Shown: positions 24,461 to 41,159 of the stretch, piece by piece
How the letters are laid out: the number at the start of each line of letters is the position of its first letter
Position numbering within the stretch: the first letter of the stretch is position 1
From: Eledone cirrhosa
Taxonomy: Eukaryota
DNA: 64,000 nt
NCBI GenBank assembly: GCA_964016885.1
Contig: OZ024740.1
Coordinates: 182,342,001 to 182,406,000, forward strand
Direction of reading: 5' to 3'
Made by a program: the position numbers and the translations under genes
Notes under the pieces: model-generated
Told to the model about the DNA's origin: nothing
What the model saw: only the letters and a program-made list of their open reading frames with translations
Database searches by the model: none

Positions 24461-26100
24461 AAGAGAATTTGGTTTTATGTCATTTACAGTTTTAGTTCAA
24501 ATTGCATCAAAATCAATTTTGCTTTAAATCCTTCCAGTGTGAATGAAATAATGTACCAGTCAAATACTAAGGTTTATTAGACTGTTACTTGTGTTTCCCA
24601 GCTTTCTTCTTAATACTGCCAAGTCTGATATGCTGAAAGCTTTTTGACATCCTGCTCCACACACATTTACTTTCATACATGATTGATACACTTTTCATCA
24701 CCTCAAACAGTGGCAAATTCTTATACCACCCTAATCTTCTACACCCAAGCTTCATCCACATGCAACCCATGAATCTTAAGACATACATAGACTGACTCAA
24801 TGAACAAATATCTCCAAAACATTCCCCAATGAGCTCATACCAACTGTATCTGTTTCAGCAGCACTATTGTACAATAAATGCAGATATAAAGACAAAATTA
24901 TTTCACCCCACTCCAAGATATGAACAACACACCACTATAACCATAAAGGTCACTACAAATGTTTGAGTCTCACCAGAACTGCAGTTCATTTCTAGCAAAC
25001 CAGCCTTTAACATAGTAAAACAATGTCTTCCTTTTCAGAGCCACAAAATACTCCGTACCCTCCCCACAGAGTTCTGTTGAGACCCAAAATGGAGTATCAC
25101 TGCTACAATTGAGATGGTGTTAGTGTTATACATACAGATATTCCAGACTGTATCCTAAGAAAGGCCACCCAAGTGATTAGTCTAAAATCACTCATTAACA
25201 TACTTTACCTTCAGACTGGCAGAAATTCTGTCTTATCCCTCTGCATTTTTTTATGTTACCCCAGATACCTCTCCTACTTGGAGGTCTCTACTTCAGGGTT
25301 CATGCTACCTCCACTCAGACACTGAAATTTCACATTTCTTTTTTTTCGCTCAACAGCCACAATCCAACCATGTTTCAACTATATCAATCCATGTTTAGGC
25401 CCATGGGTTTTCTGCTATTTTATACACTCTCTGGCACATTAATCTTTCAAATACAAACAAAATTATTGATGGGTTCCTATGTTCCAGCCTAGTTAGGCAT
25501 ATAAATAATATAGCTCCGACCATCACCTCAACCCCTGCTCAAACAACTACACCTAGATTGTCCACCCTAGAGAATTTTCCAGGTTTTTCCTGCAGCCATC
25601 AACTTGCAACTGTTGAAGAGATATATGAAGCCAGCAAAGATTATGGGTATAGGTTATTCGATCATACCATATCAATAATCAATAAATGAATAAAATATAT
25701 ATGTATATTTATGTGTGCCTATGAATGTGTATATCTTTATATATATACAGAAACACAGATACATATATATGGAAAGCAGAGATAAAAGCAATGATATATA
25801 TATAATAAATATGCTTTAAATGTCCATATATTTATGTTACACTCACTTATATATAAAAAAGCAAATATAAAAACAAAGATGATGATATATATGTTTAAAA
25901 GCATCTATCTTTATGCTTTAGTGTATATATACATATACTTATGCATATGTACATGTGTGCATACATACATACATGGAAACTGTAAGAAAATATTGATAGA
26001 GAAACCTTTACAAATGTACATATATGCATGTGTCTGTGGCAGTTTTTATTTATATGTGTGGCGTCTTTGTGATATACCATGAACTTTTGTCAGTATGTAA

Positions 26101-26131
<31 letters not shown>

Positions 26132-26860
26132 CTCTTGATTTGGCCAGAGATGAATATTTCCAGATACCTTTTAAGTGTAACTTTCCGTATTTATTATTTG
26201 TATGAAATATTGATTGTTATTCTGGTATCATCTCTGTTTTTAGCCTAAGAAAATACCTATATGCGTGTATAAATAATACATGCATATATTTATTTTTTTA
26301 AAATCTAATTGAGTTCTTCACACGCAAGGTTAAAATTATTGAAAGAATTAATTGACCCGCGTGCATATTATTTTATTTTCTTATGTTTTGCGAATACCTC
26401 CCCTTTCCGCTTGATGACCGTGTGACATTTCTCATTCTGAGACTGCTGGAATTTCAAATTTGGCGGTCATTCTGACACGGAAGGGGACCATCGCTGAACA
26501 TTGGATATAGGCAAGAAAATTTTTTTTTTATCGATGTTTGACGGGCATCCACTCATGATTTATAAGTGCCCACCTGCATATATTCCTACGGACTTCTACA
26601 TAACCTGGACACATTTTTCCAACTTGTAGAAAACTTATAATGAAACAATTGTTTGGAAAGGGAGATGTATTTTAATTATGTCTCATATAAAATAATACAA
26701 CTGGCTATCCGCAAAATACATATAGTTAGCACCCCAAACGTAAAATTGGGATTATACTAAGGTATATCCTAATGTTTGTTGAGTGAGATGGAAGCCGGTA
26801 TGAGTATTGCTTAAAGCTTTCTCTGTTAATGTATTAAATATATATATATATATATATATA

Positions 26861-27582
26861 TAGTAATAATAATAAATTTGAAGACTAAAATCCAAAGAGG
26901 GCTCGATAAGGATTAATATATATGAAAGACGTAAAATAAGAAAATTATAAGAATTAACTTACTTACTAAAATTTTACTCCAACTAATTAGTTTCTGAAAG
27001 GGAATAAACATGGTTTCCAAATGGAAAGCATGGAGAAGCCGTTTCGTCATCAGGAAGTCTGTTCTCAGCTAAGTTACCAGGCGATGCGTGGACACATGGA
27101 ACTTATACAAAAATAATTCAGTGGATGGAAAAAAGCAAGCGTGGACTAAATTCCAAGACATTGAAAAAATCACTGCCTACTTGGTAGGTGGAAAATTCAA
27201 AAGCATCAATCACGTGACATCGAGGTTAATCAGTGAGGATATTGTCTTTTTAACACCCTACTCCTCACTGATTAACCTCGATGTCACGTAATTGATTCTT
27301 TTGAATTTGCCACCGACCAAGTAGGCAGTGATTTTTTCAATGTCTTAGAATTTAGTCCACGCTTGCTTTTTACCATCCACTGAATTATTTTTGTATAAGT
27401 TCCCTGTGTCCACGCATCGCCTGGTAACTTAGCTGAGGACAGACTTCCTGATGACGAAACGGCTTCTCCATGCTTTCCATTTGGAAACCATATTTATTCC
27501 CTTTCAGAAACTAATTAGTTGGAGTGAAATTTTAGTAAGTAAGTTAATTTTTATAATTTTCTTATTTTACGTCTTTCATATA
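26861..27582. repeat. Fold-back element with 321-bp arms
   Basis: Arms 26919-27239 / 27262-27582 with scattered mismatches and a 22-nt spacer; extra ~58-nt tail to (TA)n on the left; CTGATGACGAAAC in each arm. Confidence 0.9.
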
Positions 27583-27690
27583 ATTGTTCTGCATCCCCTT
27601 GCATTGAACCACAAAGTTACTAAGACAAAAGCTATATATTTGCTAGCATAGGTATGCATCTGTATATATATGTTGGTAGATATACTAATT

Positions 27691-30663
<2,973 letters not shown>

Positions 30664-30664
30664 C

Positions 30665-31126
30665 ATGCAAAGTTTTATTTAAATTGTTGGGTTACGACGA
30701 GTAAATATTTATAACTGATATAAAAGCACTCAACAAGTATTTGGAGTATTTGGAGTATATATACGATATTAAATAAATGGAAACTATATTTATAAAACCA
30801 TATTTATTTCATTATATATATTTCAGGGATATCATATTAAAAATATGGTATGCCTTCTTCAGACAAAATACAATATAAATAGTCTTATAAATAGATAGAT
30901 TTGACATACCTTACAACTTCAACTTCCATTTAAAAAGTTGATTTGGTAGTGAAAAATGTTAGGGACAGTTATAAAAAGAAAGAAAGAAAAAAAGCGAAGA
31001 AAAAGAAGAAATGCATGCAACTAAATAGAGAGAGATAGATATAGAGAGATAGATAGAGAGAAGAAATTCATGTAAAGAAACAGAGAGAGATAGATAGAGA
31101 GAGAAAAAACACAGAGGGTGATAGAT

Positions 31127-31160
<34 letters not shown>

Positions 31161-31244
31161 AAAAATAGAGATAGATATAGATAGAGATAGAGAGAAAGAA
31201 AATTGGTAGTTGGGCACCAGTTGAATGACGTATCAATGATATAT

Positions 31245-31275
<31 letters not shown>

Positions 31276-32160
31276 GTTCTAGTATTAAGGTAGAGAGAGA
31301 TATATGTGGTTAGGAGAGAAAACAGCCGTTACATAGAGAGAAAAGAAAAATATCCAGAGATAAACGAGGCAGATTTAAAACATTATGTTTCATCAACGTA
31401 AAAAATATCAATTCGTATGAATTAGGTATTATAATGTAAATATCAGTATTCATGAATGAGACACGTATCAATAATGTGTGAAAAATAATGATCATATGTC
31501 TAGTTTAAAATTCCTAGGTTTATATCAGAGCTGAGATAAAAAACTGAGTTAAAAAACTGAGATAAAAAAAAAAATAAAAAAAAAACTGAGATAAAAAACT
31601 TCAAAAAAAATTGAAATACATAGGTATATATGCACTTTCATGAAAAAAGAAAAAGGAAAAAAGAAAAAAGAAAAAGAAAAAGAAAATAGAAGGTTATCCC
31701 AGATTCGATACTATAGACTTCCATGTGAATTTACGTGATCAACTCTGCAAATTCCTATTTCACATGAAAACATTCTCATTGTGCTATAAAAATTCTAGTT
31801 TACATATATGTGTACATATACACAAATATATATAGAATCTACATTAATTTTAACAATACTATTTTTGTCTTTACTCTACATGATTATCGTTCAAGCATAA
31901 ATAGACAACAGATATCAATATATCAATAAAAATATCAAAAAATTCAAAAAATTCAAAAAATTTTCACTACCAAATCAACTTTTTAAATGGAAGTTGAAGT
32001 TGTAAGGTATGTCAAATCTATCTATTTATAAGACTGTTTATATTGTATTTTGTCTGAAGAAGGCATACCATATTTTTAATATGATATCCCTGAAATATAT
32101 ATAATGAAATAAATATGGTTTTATAAATATAGTTTCCATTTATTTAATATCGTATATATA
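30665..32160 (-). mobile_element. Non-coding PLE-like element with 200-bp inverted arms, each carrying a hammerhead
   Basis: Arms 30756-30955 / 31961-32160; ~90-nt extra tail on the left; AT/GA-rich interior with no ORF; embedded in (TA)n. Confidence 0.75.
32046..32111 (+). ncRNA. Type-I hammerhead ribozyme (mirror copy 30805-30870, minus strand)
   Basis: Stem I TATTTTGT/ATGAAATA (8 bp, 2 GU), CTGAAGA, stem II AGG/CCT, GAAA, palindromic stem III ATATATAT, predicted cleavage after A32103 (AUA). Confidence 0.72.
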
Positions 32161-32161
32161 T

Positions 32162-32207
<46 letters not shown>

Positions 32208-32220
32208 ATATATATGTATG

Positions 32221-32280
<60 letters not shown>

Positions 32281-32282
32281 TT

Positions 32283-32315
<33 letters not shown>

Positions 32316-32632
32316 ATTTATATATATATTTATATATATATATATTTATATATATATATATTTATATTTATATATATATATATTTATATATATATATATT
32401 TATATTTATATATATATATATTTATATAAATATATATATATATATTTATATATATATATATATATATAAATATATATATATTTATATATATATTTATATA
32501 TATATATATATATAAATATATATATATTTATATATATATTTATATATATATATATTTATAAATATATATATATTTATATATATATATATTTATATATATA
32601 TATAAATATATATATATTTATATATATATATT

Positions 32633-32672
<40 letters not shown>

Positions 32673-32686
32673 TATATATATATATT

Positions 32687-32719
<33 letters not shown>

Positions 32720-32737
32720 GTATACATATATATATAC

Positions 32738-32808
<71 letters not shown>

Positions 32809-32846
32809 CATACATACATACATACATACATACATACATGCATACA

Positions 32847-32882
<36 letters not shown>

Positions 32883-32885
32883 TAT
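32161..32885. repeat. (TA)n/(TTTA)/(TACA)n microsatellite
   Basis: Directly visible. Confidence 0.95.
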
Positions 32886-33956
32886 GTGTGGGGAGGGGGG
32901 TTAAGAGAATGATTTTCTGAAGGAAGCACTTGAAATTCATAAAAAAATATGCAGAAAGTTTTAAACCTTTAGGTTATAGAGTTGTAAAGGTGAAAAGAGA
33001 ATAATACTTACTCTGTATTATGAAAGAAACGGGTAAAATATTATGTAATTTGATTTTGCTCTTTTACCACCATCTCCTCACCCCTTTATATTGAGATTTG
33101 AAGGATTGTTTGAGGGCTTGTATTTTCTCTTTTTTTTCTTGTTTTGCTTATTGTTATTCTTAACTTTATGAATCTTCTCATTGATTCACCTGTACTGTTC
33201 AATAAACATTTTGGTTTATATATTTACCTTAGTCGTAGGAATTACAGGTCAGACCAATTATTGGTTTATTGCTTCCTTTTTGTTGCAAGAAATTATGGTA
33301 TTTCCTACTAGAACTTTAAACTGAATCTATTTCTATATTGCTACTTAGACATTTTACAACACCTGCCATTCCCTCAAGCTAATCTCTGTTGCTTTGAATC
33401 TGATTACCATTCTTTGTAGTAAAGTGCTGATGTAGCAAGCAGTAGTATATTCTCTTTGACCTTTGCTAGACAACTACGAAGGAAACAAAGCAAAGCACAA
33501 AACAAAATAAACACATAAACTAGAAACACAGCAAACACCTATTCACACATACACACACATACACACATAGAGACACACACAATCACGCACACACAAACAC
33601 ACACATACACATACCCACACACATACATACACATACACATACATGCACACACAAACACACACATACTTACATACACACATACATAAATACATATATACAT
33701 ACATATATGCATACGTACAATAAACAAATGTAAATTTGCTGAGTTTAATATAAACTCACACATGAAAAGGATTTGAAATTGATTCTTTATATATTCACTT
33801 CAATGCAGTTTGCTTGCAATATTACTTTTCTTACCTTCTTATTTTTTTCTTATTGAACAAGCAAGTCTGCGAACATACAGACATCAATTTTCATTTTAAC
33901 ATCTTTAAATCTAATCCTTCTCAACACACACACACATACATACATATGATATATAT

Positions 33957-34048
<92 letters not shown>

Positions 34049-34059
34049 ATATATATATA

Positions 34060-37000
34060 CTAGCATTAAAGCCTGGCGTTTCTCGTGGTCAGTAAGTGAC
34101 CAGAGTTAGGTTGCACCACCCATTTTATGGCAGCACTTTTTTGTCTGCCAGGCACTGGTTGAATGAATTGCAAACCTGCACTGCCGAAGCAGGGGCTGCG
34201 CCAGCAGTGACAATTGTAGTTTCGCCTATTGATATTATCTCTGTACAAAGAAGTGTTCAAATTTATTGTTTCACAGTAGTTGCGCAACACGCGCACAGAC
34301 GATGCCAGCCGAACAACAGAGCTGCGATGGAGTTGTTCTACATGACATGTTTTAACGGGGGAGGGGGTGGATTGAGGGAACCGCAAACAGGGGCTTGAAA
34401 TGATTGTCGAATTGTGACAACCAAAAAAGAGGAAGAGGGGTCATTGTATGGTTGGTGCATCATGTACGTCGGACGTAGAAGATGAGCCTGCTGCTGTGCC
34501 GACGGAAGGAGGGAAATAAAGCTAAGCGGAGGCCAGGTGTTGGTGAAGTGTTAAGTAATTGCAGGGAACCGCCTAAAAAGGTAAATCCCGTCATTAAAGC
34601 ATTGTTCACCCTTTGAGAGTCGTACGGAGGTGAAATACTAACCTCTCCACGGTCCTCCGAGGCCCACCAAACGGGGGTTGGTGAGGAGCAACAGCTGATA
34701 TTTGAGTAGGGTCGGAGTTGTAATGAAGCTTTGTAACGCCGCGAGAACCAGCCTTTGTATGGCAGATGGTGGGGAGTGTCCAGTGCACTGCAGTGAAGGT
34801 TAACCTACTTAGAAAAGGCAAAAAATAAAAAAGTTATAAAATTAGGAATCGAGGTAATCCTATAAAACCTCCTTGTACACAATGTTTTTCGTTTTTCTTT
34901 GCGGAACGAACGCGAAATCATCACTCTTGCTGCCGGCACGCGAGCAGCCAACGTAAAGCTGACCATGAGAGAAACACGGCTCCCCCAAATGTATTCCCGT
35001 GACAGACAGTGTTTGACCCTGCGCTTTGTTAATTGACATTGCAAAGCATGACCTGACCGGGAACTGGGACCTCCGAAATATGAAAGGTAGGTCTGATCCT
35101 GATGGGAAAAGATGCATCCTCTGTATGAGGACAACCTTGCCCCGACCGCACCCTCTGATTATCGTGGCATCAATGAGTTTGGGAGCTAAGGACTTAACGA
35201 CCAAACGAGTGCCATTGTATTGTTTCGGCGGAACCAAATTTCGAATGAGCATTAATTTTCGAATGAGCATTAAGTTTCAAAATATGTGGGGGTAATCCGG
35301 GGGGCTCAAAGGAATTTACTACCTCTATTGGATAGTTGATGACGTCCTTGGGGTCAGGAGTTCTATCGATAGACTTATATACGTAGCCATCCCCAGGAAT
35401 GAGTTTTAGCATTTGATCATTAATATGGTTAACAGTTTTATTCCTCGGGGCCAGAATAGCCCTTTGGGCAAGCCAATCCATATTCTGATAATTTGCTTGG
35501 AGATCTGGGGACACTGAATCCCTGAGATCAGAAGGCGTACTAACAACGGTACAAAGTGAGTCTATGGCAATATTACCCTTTTCATCCCCGGGCGTTTTGC
35601 CTTCGCCAAGTGCAAGGAGGGTGTGAAAAATGCTGCTGATGTGATATCACCTCGCATATGAACACGCATGTTAGTGTGAAGTTTCAGAGTCTTCACCAGC
35701 GGCCACAATACGGATGACTTACGACACGCACGTACTACATCAGCTCTAGTCCCCCTGGGGATAACGGGCAGCGTTTGCCTGAAGTCCCCTGAAAGAAGAA
35801 GTGTTATGCCTCCCATGGCAGCCGTAGAGTCTTTGAGTTCTATCAAGCGCCTCAAGAGCACCTCTGTGGGCCATCGTGCATTCGTCCCAAACGATAAGCT
35901 TGCATCGTCTGAACACTTCTGCTTGATCGGAGCTCTTACTGATGTTGCAGGCGGGTGTCTCAGTCTTCGCTAAGTCAAGCAGAGCTTGAATTAGGAGTGA
36001 GCTGTACTGCCGCATGGCAACAAAGTAGCCGCATTTCCAGATGATGCCACAGCTAGGGCAATGCCTTCTGTTCGCCTAATCTCAGCTAATATTAATTTGG
36101 TGACAAAAGTTTTCCCAGTCCTCCCAGGAGCGTCCAGGAAAAAGATCCCCCCAGCTTTGCCCCGGACAGAATTAACAACGGAGTTGTAAGCGAATTTCTG
36201 TTCTGGAAGAAGCTTTGGTTCATTCTCCGCTATGTACTGGGAAAGCTCGTCAACATCATTAGATGTCTCACGCAGCAAATCCGAAGACAGAGTGTTTGCG
36301 CCTTCCCGGTTTGTTAAAAGTAGGCTATACACCGCCAACGCACTACCGCCCATATCGAGAACAGTATCTTCGATTTCAAGCAGCGCCCTGTTGTAAATGA
36401 GGTCACTGTACCCGACCTCCATCGTGACGCAGGAAATCTTCAGACATGTCATCTTTGTAGCTAAGCCATAAAGAGGCCGGATCACCCAAGTCGCACCATA
36501 GGAGTAGAATAGCGAAAAGCGATCTTAGTCTTTTAGGAGATTTCAACAAAACGCCCTCTGCCATAGTGGCGCCCCATTGTGAATCATCCTCCAAAAAGCC
36601 ACGTCTAAAGCAGGCTTCCCGGAGAGTATCACATAATTCACCGTCAACAGTTCTTATGTCTCGAAAGCTTTGTGGGCCAAAATCCTCATGGAGGAGAAGG
36701 CGCAGGTGAAAACACTCATGCTGGTTGGGAGGTACAGTGTACACTTTTCCTAGACAACTGTCAAACTTGACACCAGGATGTCCTTCAACATGCTGGTGTT
36801 GTTTGACCACACGTAGTAGGACGGGACCTGAGGATATGAAAGTGTTTTTGCAAATGTGTCAAGTTGGCAAAGCGTAAAAAAAACAGTCAGAGTTGTTTCT
36901 TTGGGATTGGCCGCCAAATGAGCAGCAGTCTGTTCAGTAAAGTAAGCCCGCTGGCCGTTTTCCAAATGAACCGCTAGTTGTATGATGGCGGGGTGCCTTT

Positions 37001-40000
37001 TGTGAAGTGGAAACCCGAATATCCGCCAAAAAGCTTCACCACTGCTGATATATCGACTTGCCAAGTACTCCGAGACCTCGTCCCGGCTATTGTCTTTTTG
37101 AAGGCCGAAACATGGCAGCGTCGGAACCCCTGTTAACATATTTACATATGTACTTTATAGACTTCACTGAATGACAGAACTCTACATTTATATGAGCGTT
37201 GAAAGTTTTCATCAGAAATGGACACTACGGGACCACCCACCTCAACTTGATGACCCCGTAACGTCATAGTGAATCCACCATTCGTCTGTACAGTGGGTAT
37301 CCGTCGCCGCCGGTCTGGCTCTCTCCAACAAACCTCTTTGGGTATCGTTTAGTACACACATGGTCCTTGTGGCATGAAGAGAACTCTTGAAAACCGCGAC
37401 CGTACGGACTGTGCACCATTGTGTGCCTTCACAATGTCGTACAGCTGCCGGTCAACAACGGGGTCCGGTATTTCCACTGCGATGACGTCATCTATAACTG
37501 TAGGGTCTATTTTGGTGACCAACCAAACCAAAATGTGCGCGTGTGACAACCCTCCCTTCTGCCACTCAACAGTATACATGTGGCACCTAACAGGTCCGAA
37601 AACCTTCCCTTTTTTTATTAGATCAATTAGCTTAGCCAGCTTCTGCCTGAAAACCCTGGCAATAATATCATACCAAAGGCAGTACTGCTGCCCTGGGATA
37701 AGTTCCCGCGTAACCTCAACCCACTTGGGGTTACACGTAAACGGGATGAATAAATCGGGGCGCCCATAATGCCGAACGAACGTCATAGCGTCCTGTGTTC
37801 GCTCGTGCATGTACCACGCCCTCCACCCCGTAAAGGTTGAGGGGAGAATGCACATTTTGCCGATGTACCGGGGGTCAGTGTCATTCCTGATGCCGTCACG
37901 CAAATGGATGTAGGAGTCTGAGCGCAGCCGCTTCTGATTCAATTTTATGAAGCACAGTCTCTCCGATTCCATCTTTTAAGCCATGTCAACTGCAAACTGG
38001 TGAAACAGTTCCCGTGACCTGTGCAGAGTGCCGAAATCGTTAGGCCTCGTCATATAGCGGTATGAGTATAAAGCCATGCATGAAACAGTTTTAGATGTCG
38101 CAGCAGTGGGCTCGTTTGGTTTGCGCTGAGGAATGCCGAAATGGTACCCGTCTTCTCCGTATGCAAAAAGAAGGGAATACTGCAGGGCGTCGTATGAAAG
38201 GTGCGTCTCGTTAATACGTCGAAGACCACTGTCACGACTTTGAAAATAATGTCTCGCTTATTGTGCTGTTCACCATGGATAACTACGGCCACTTCATTGC
38301 ACGAAGGAGCGTTATAACGGCGTGCGTGCTCCCCAGAAGGTCTTTTGTCAGCATCGATGACAATGGTGAAGTTTGGTGAAGGATTTGTTTCCAATGCGTA
38401 TTTGAAACTGCGAATATAACTGTTGTGCTCATGAAGCATGTTTTGAAGACCGAATAGCAGGTCCCTTTCAAAAGTGTCAGCGTGAGTGTTTGCAGGTGTT
38501 GGAATAACGCCGAACCGCGCAACAACTTGCCTACTGTAGTTAGAAATGAAGTAAATTTGAAGGAACGAAGGCTTGTAATTATTTTGTAGTGGCTGGAGCG
38601 ACCCAATAAGATGGTATACCTGCCTCTGGACCTTGAAAGTAGGCATCCAACCACTTTCTCTGACAACGTTAGCCCTGAAAGAAGTCTTTTGAAACGCACA
38701 ATTGTACTTCCTGATGAGTTGAAGGAATTTGGATGACCTTGAGGTAGAACCAGTAAGTAGTTCCTTCAAAGGCTCTGGTGGTTCCCCAAGAGGGGGCAAG
38801 CTGACCTTACCGTTTAAGCAGCACATTGCAGGTGGCTCCCCAGCCCACTTTTTAGCATTGCAGAATTTGCAATTGAAGCGCATTTCCCCTATATTTATGT
38901 CGGCACGCATCGAGTAGTTAACGTTGGGCTCATACTTGAAAGCCCGCAGGTGCCAGTATGGGCTGTTAGGGCTCGTCACACCGCGGGAAGCTTCTTGTCG
39001 TCGACTGTTCCGCTCCAACGTAGAATGTTGCTCCTGTGGGTCATGAGAAGCTCTCGCAGCAGTAGCAGATGCCACCCTTGCAATCCTAATGTAGCGCCCG
39101 TCTGCATCTTCAGAAGCCATGGAAGCAGTCATAGCCTCAGCGTTCCTAGCATGGCGATTCGTCCGCCGTTCCAAACCTTCCGAAGCCCTGGAAGCAGCAG
39201 TAGCCGCAGCGTTTCTAGTCAGTCGAGCCGCCCTTTGTTCCGGTCCCTCTGAAGCCCTGGAAGCAGCAGTAGCAGCAACGTTTCTATTCAGGTGAGTCGA
39301 CCTTTGTTCCGGGCCCTCTGAAGTAGCAGTAGAAGCATTTTTTTTAATGACGTATCGCCCGCTCTGAATCGCACATCGCAGCACGTCTCGAGGCGTCGTA
39401 TGAAGCCATCTTGGCTAGGCGTGCTGTGCGTTGTTGAAAACTTTTAGCAGCTCTGCATTCCGTTGAACGTAAGGCGCTCTGTGAAAGTCTTAAAGCAGTT
39501 TCCTCGGGGGACTCATTTGCTGTAATCGCCCTCTGCACCGCCGCTGACGCGGTATGGCGACCGAGGCGACTTCTCTTTTTAGGTGGCATTTTATGTGAAA
39601 AAGAAAGGGTGAAAGTTACTTCTACAGCAAAATTACCTTTGAAAGTATAAGGCTGAAAACTGTCTGCGTTCCACAGGGGAAAAAATGGGAGAACAAACGG
39701 CAAATAAATAACTCACAGTTTGTTGAAAGCGCGCTTCTGTCAGCAATTTGAAGTTGTTTGGCCTAAAATCCATATGCGGTTTTTTTTTCACTCAATAAAC
39801 GTATAAATATGTAATTGTGTGTGAGTTGGATGATAGATGTTTTAAAAAAAGATTTTAAGCGTATATAAGAGAAGGTTGCAGCATGTATTTTTTTTTTTCG
39901 ATTTTTAAGGGGAGTAGAGAGAGGATTTCAGATTGTATTAGAGGGGTAAAGCGTCATGTATTTAGTTTTATCGATTATTTCCGTAATTGCGGGTGATTTT

Positions 40001-40838
40001 GAAATAAATAAATAGTCGTTGACCTAAGTTAGACCATTTACAACATTCTTACAGAGGCAAATAAATAACTCACAGTTTGTTGAAAGCGCGCTTCTGTCAG
40101 CAATATGAAATTGTTTGGCCAAAAATCCCTATGTGTTTTTTTTTTCACTCAATAAACGTGTAAATATGTTATACACAAAATGTAATTGTGTGTGAGTTGG
40201 ATTATAGATGTTTTAAAAAAATATTTGTCGCTATTTTTCTAGTTGTTGAATAAATTTATCTGTTGCTTTTGAATAATTATAGTTTGGTATAAAATGTAAG
40301 CGTCATGTATTTAACGTTTGTGTCTGTCTCTCCCTCTCTAGCTCACTCCTTTATTTTTTTTCTCTCTCTAAAGGAAATTATTAAGGAGTGGGTTTATAAG
40401 CGTATATAAGAGAAGGTTGCAGCATGTATTTTTTTTTCGGTTTTTCAAGGGAGTAGAGAGAGGATTTCAGATTGTATTAGAGGGGTAAAGCGTCATGTAT
40501 TTAACGTTTGTCTCTGGCTCACTCCTTTATTTTTTTTCTCTCTCTAAAAGAAATTAGTAAGGAGTGGGTAGGTTGCAGCATGTATTTTTTTTCGATTTTT
40601 AAGGAGAGTAGAGAGAGGGTTTAAGATTGTATTAGAGGGGTAAAGCGTCATGTATTTAGTTTTATCGTTTATTTCCGTAATTGTGGGTGATTTTGAAATA
40701 AGTAAATGGTCTGTGACCTAAGTTAGACCATTTACAACAATCTTACAGACATTTAGTCGAATCGGTTTGAAATTGTGCAAATGTATAAACATGGAACATG
40801 CACACATACAACAACAATCTGCCTTTTATAGAAAATGA
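34060..40838 (-). mobile_element. Autonomous-type Helitron, decayed
   Basis: RepHel fragments; 3' end is an imperfect hairpin plus CTAG|T at 34060; putative 5' TC at 40838 followed by TATAAAA/(GT)/CCGATT; duplicated blocks in the 5' region (39.7-40.75 kb). Confidence 0.92.
34860..39589 (-). pseudogene. Helitron Rep-helicase (RepHel)
   Basis: MPPKKR start, Cys knuckle (CKFC...CC..GKV), HUH Rep (PDLFIPFTCNPKW, VEWQKGGLSHAHIL), PIF1 helicase (DAPGRTGKT, WDECTM, GDFRQTLPV, FAMSINKAQGQTL, HGQLYVGCSR); many frameshifts. Confidence 0.95.
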
Positions 40839-40875
40839 CTACCAGAAAACCACCCACCGGGTGGTTTTCTGCTAG
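40839..40875. repeat. 13-bp-arm hairpin bounded by CTAC and CTAG
   Basis: CAGAAAACCACCC-ACC-GGGTGGTTTTCTG followed by CTAG|T. Confidence 0.85.
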
Positions 40876-40888
40876 TATATATATATAT

Positions 40889-41147
40889 TACAAACACAGA
40901 AATGTATATATATTTCTGTGTGTATATATATATATATATTACACACAGAGAAATGTATATATATTTCTGTGTGTATATATATATATATTACACACACAGA
41001 AATGTATATATATTTCTGTGTGTATATATATATATATTACACACACAGAAATGTATATATATTTATGTGTGTATATATATATATTTCTGTGTGTGTATAT
41101 ATATATATATATATTACACACACACAGAAATGTATATATGTTTCTGT
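40889..41147. repeat. Minisatellite of palindromic units
   Basis: About 5-6 copies of ACACAGAAATGTATATATATTTCTGTGTGT separated by TA runs. Confidence 0.85.
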
Positions 41148-41159
41148 AGCACTCCTCAA

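Noticed and set aside
26380-26810. Possible promoter or first exon (CGGAAG, TTTGGCGG, ATGGAAGCCG|GTATGA)
   Set aside because: Short motifs expected by chance; no downstream exons found.
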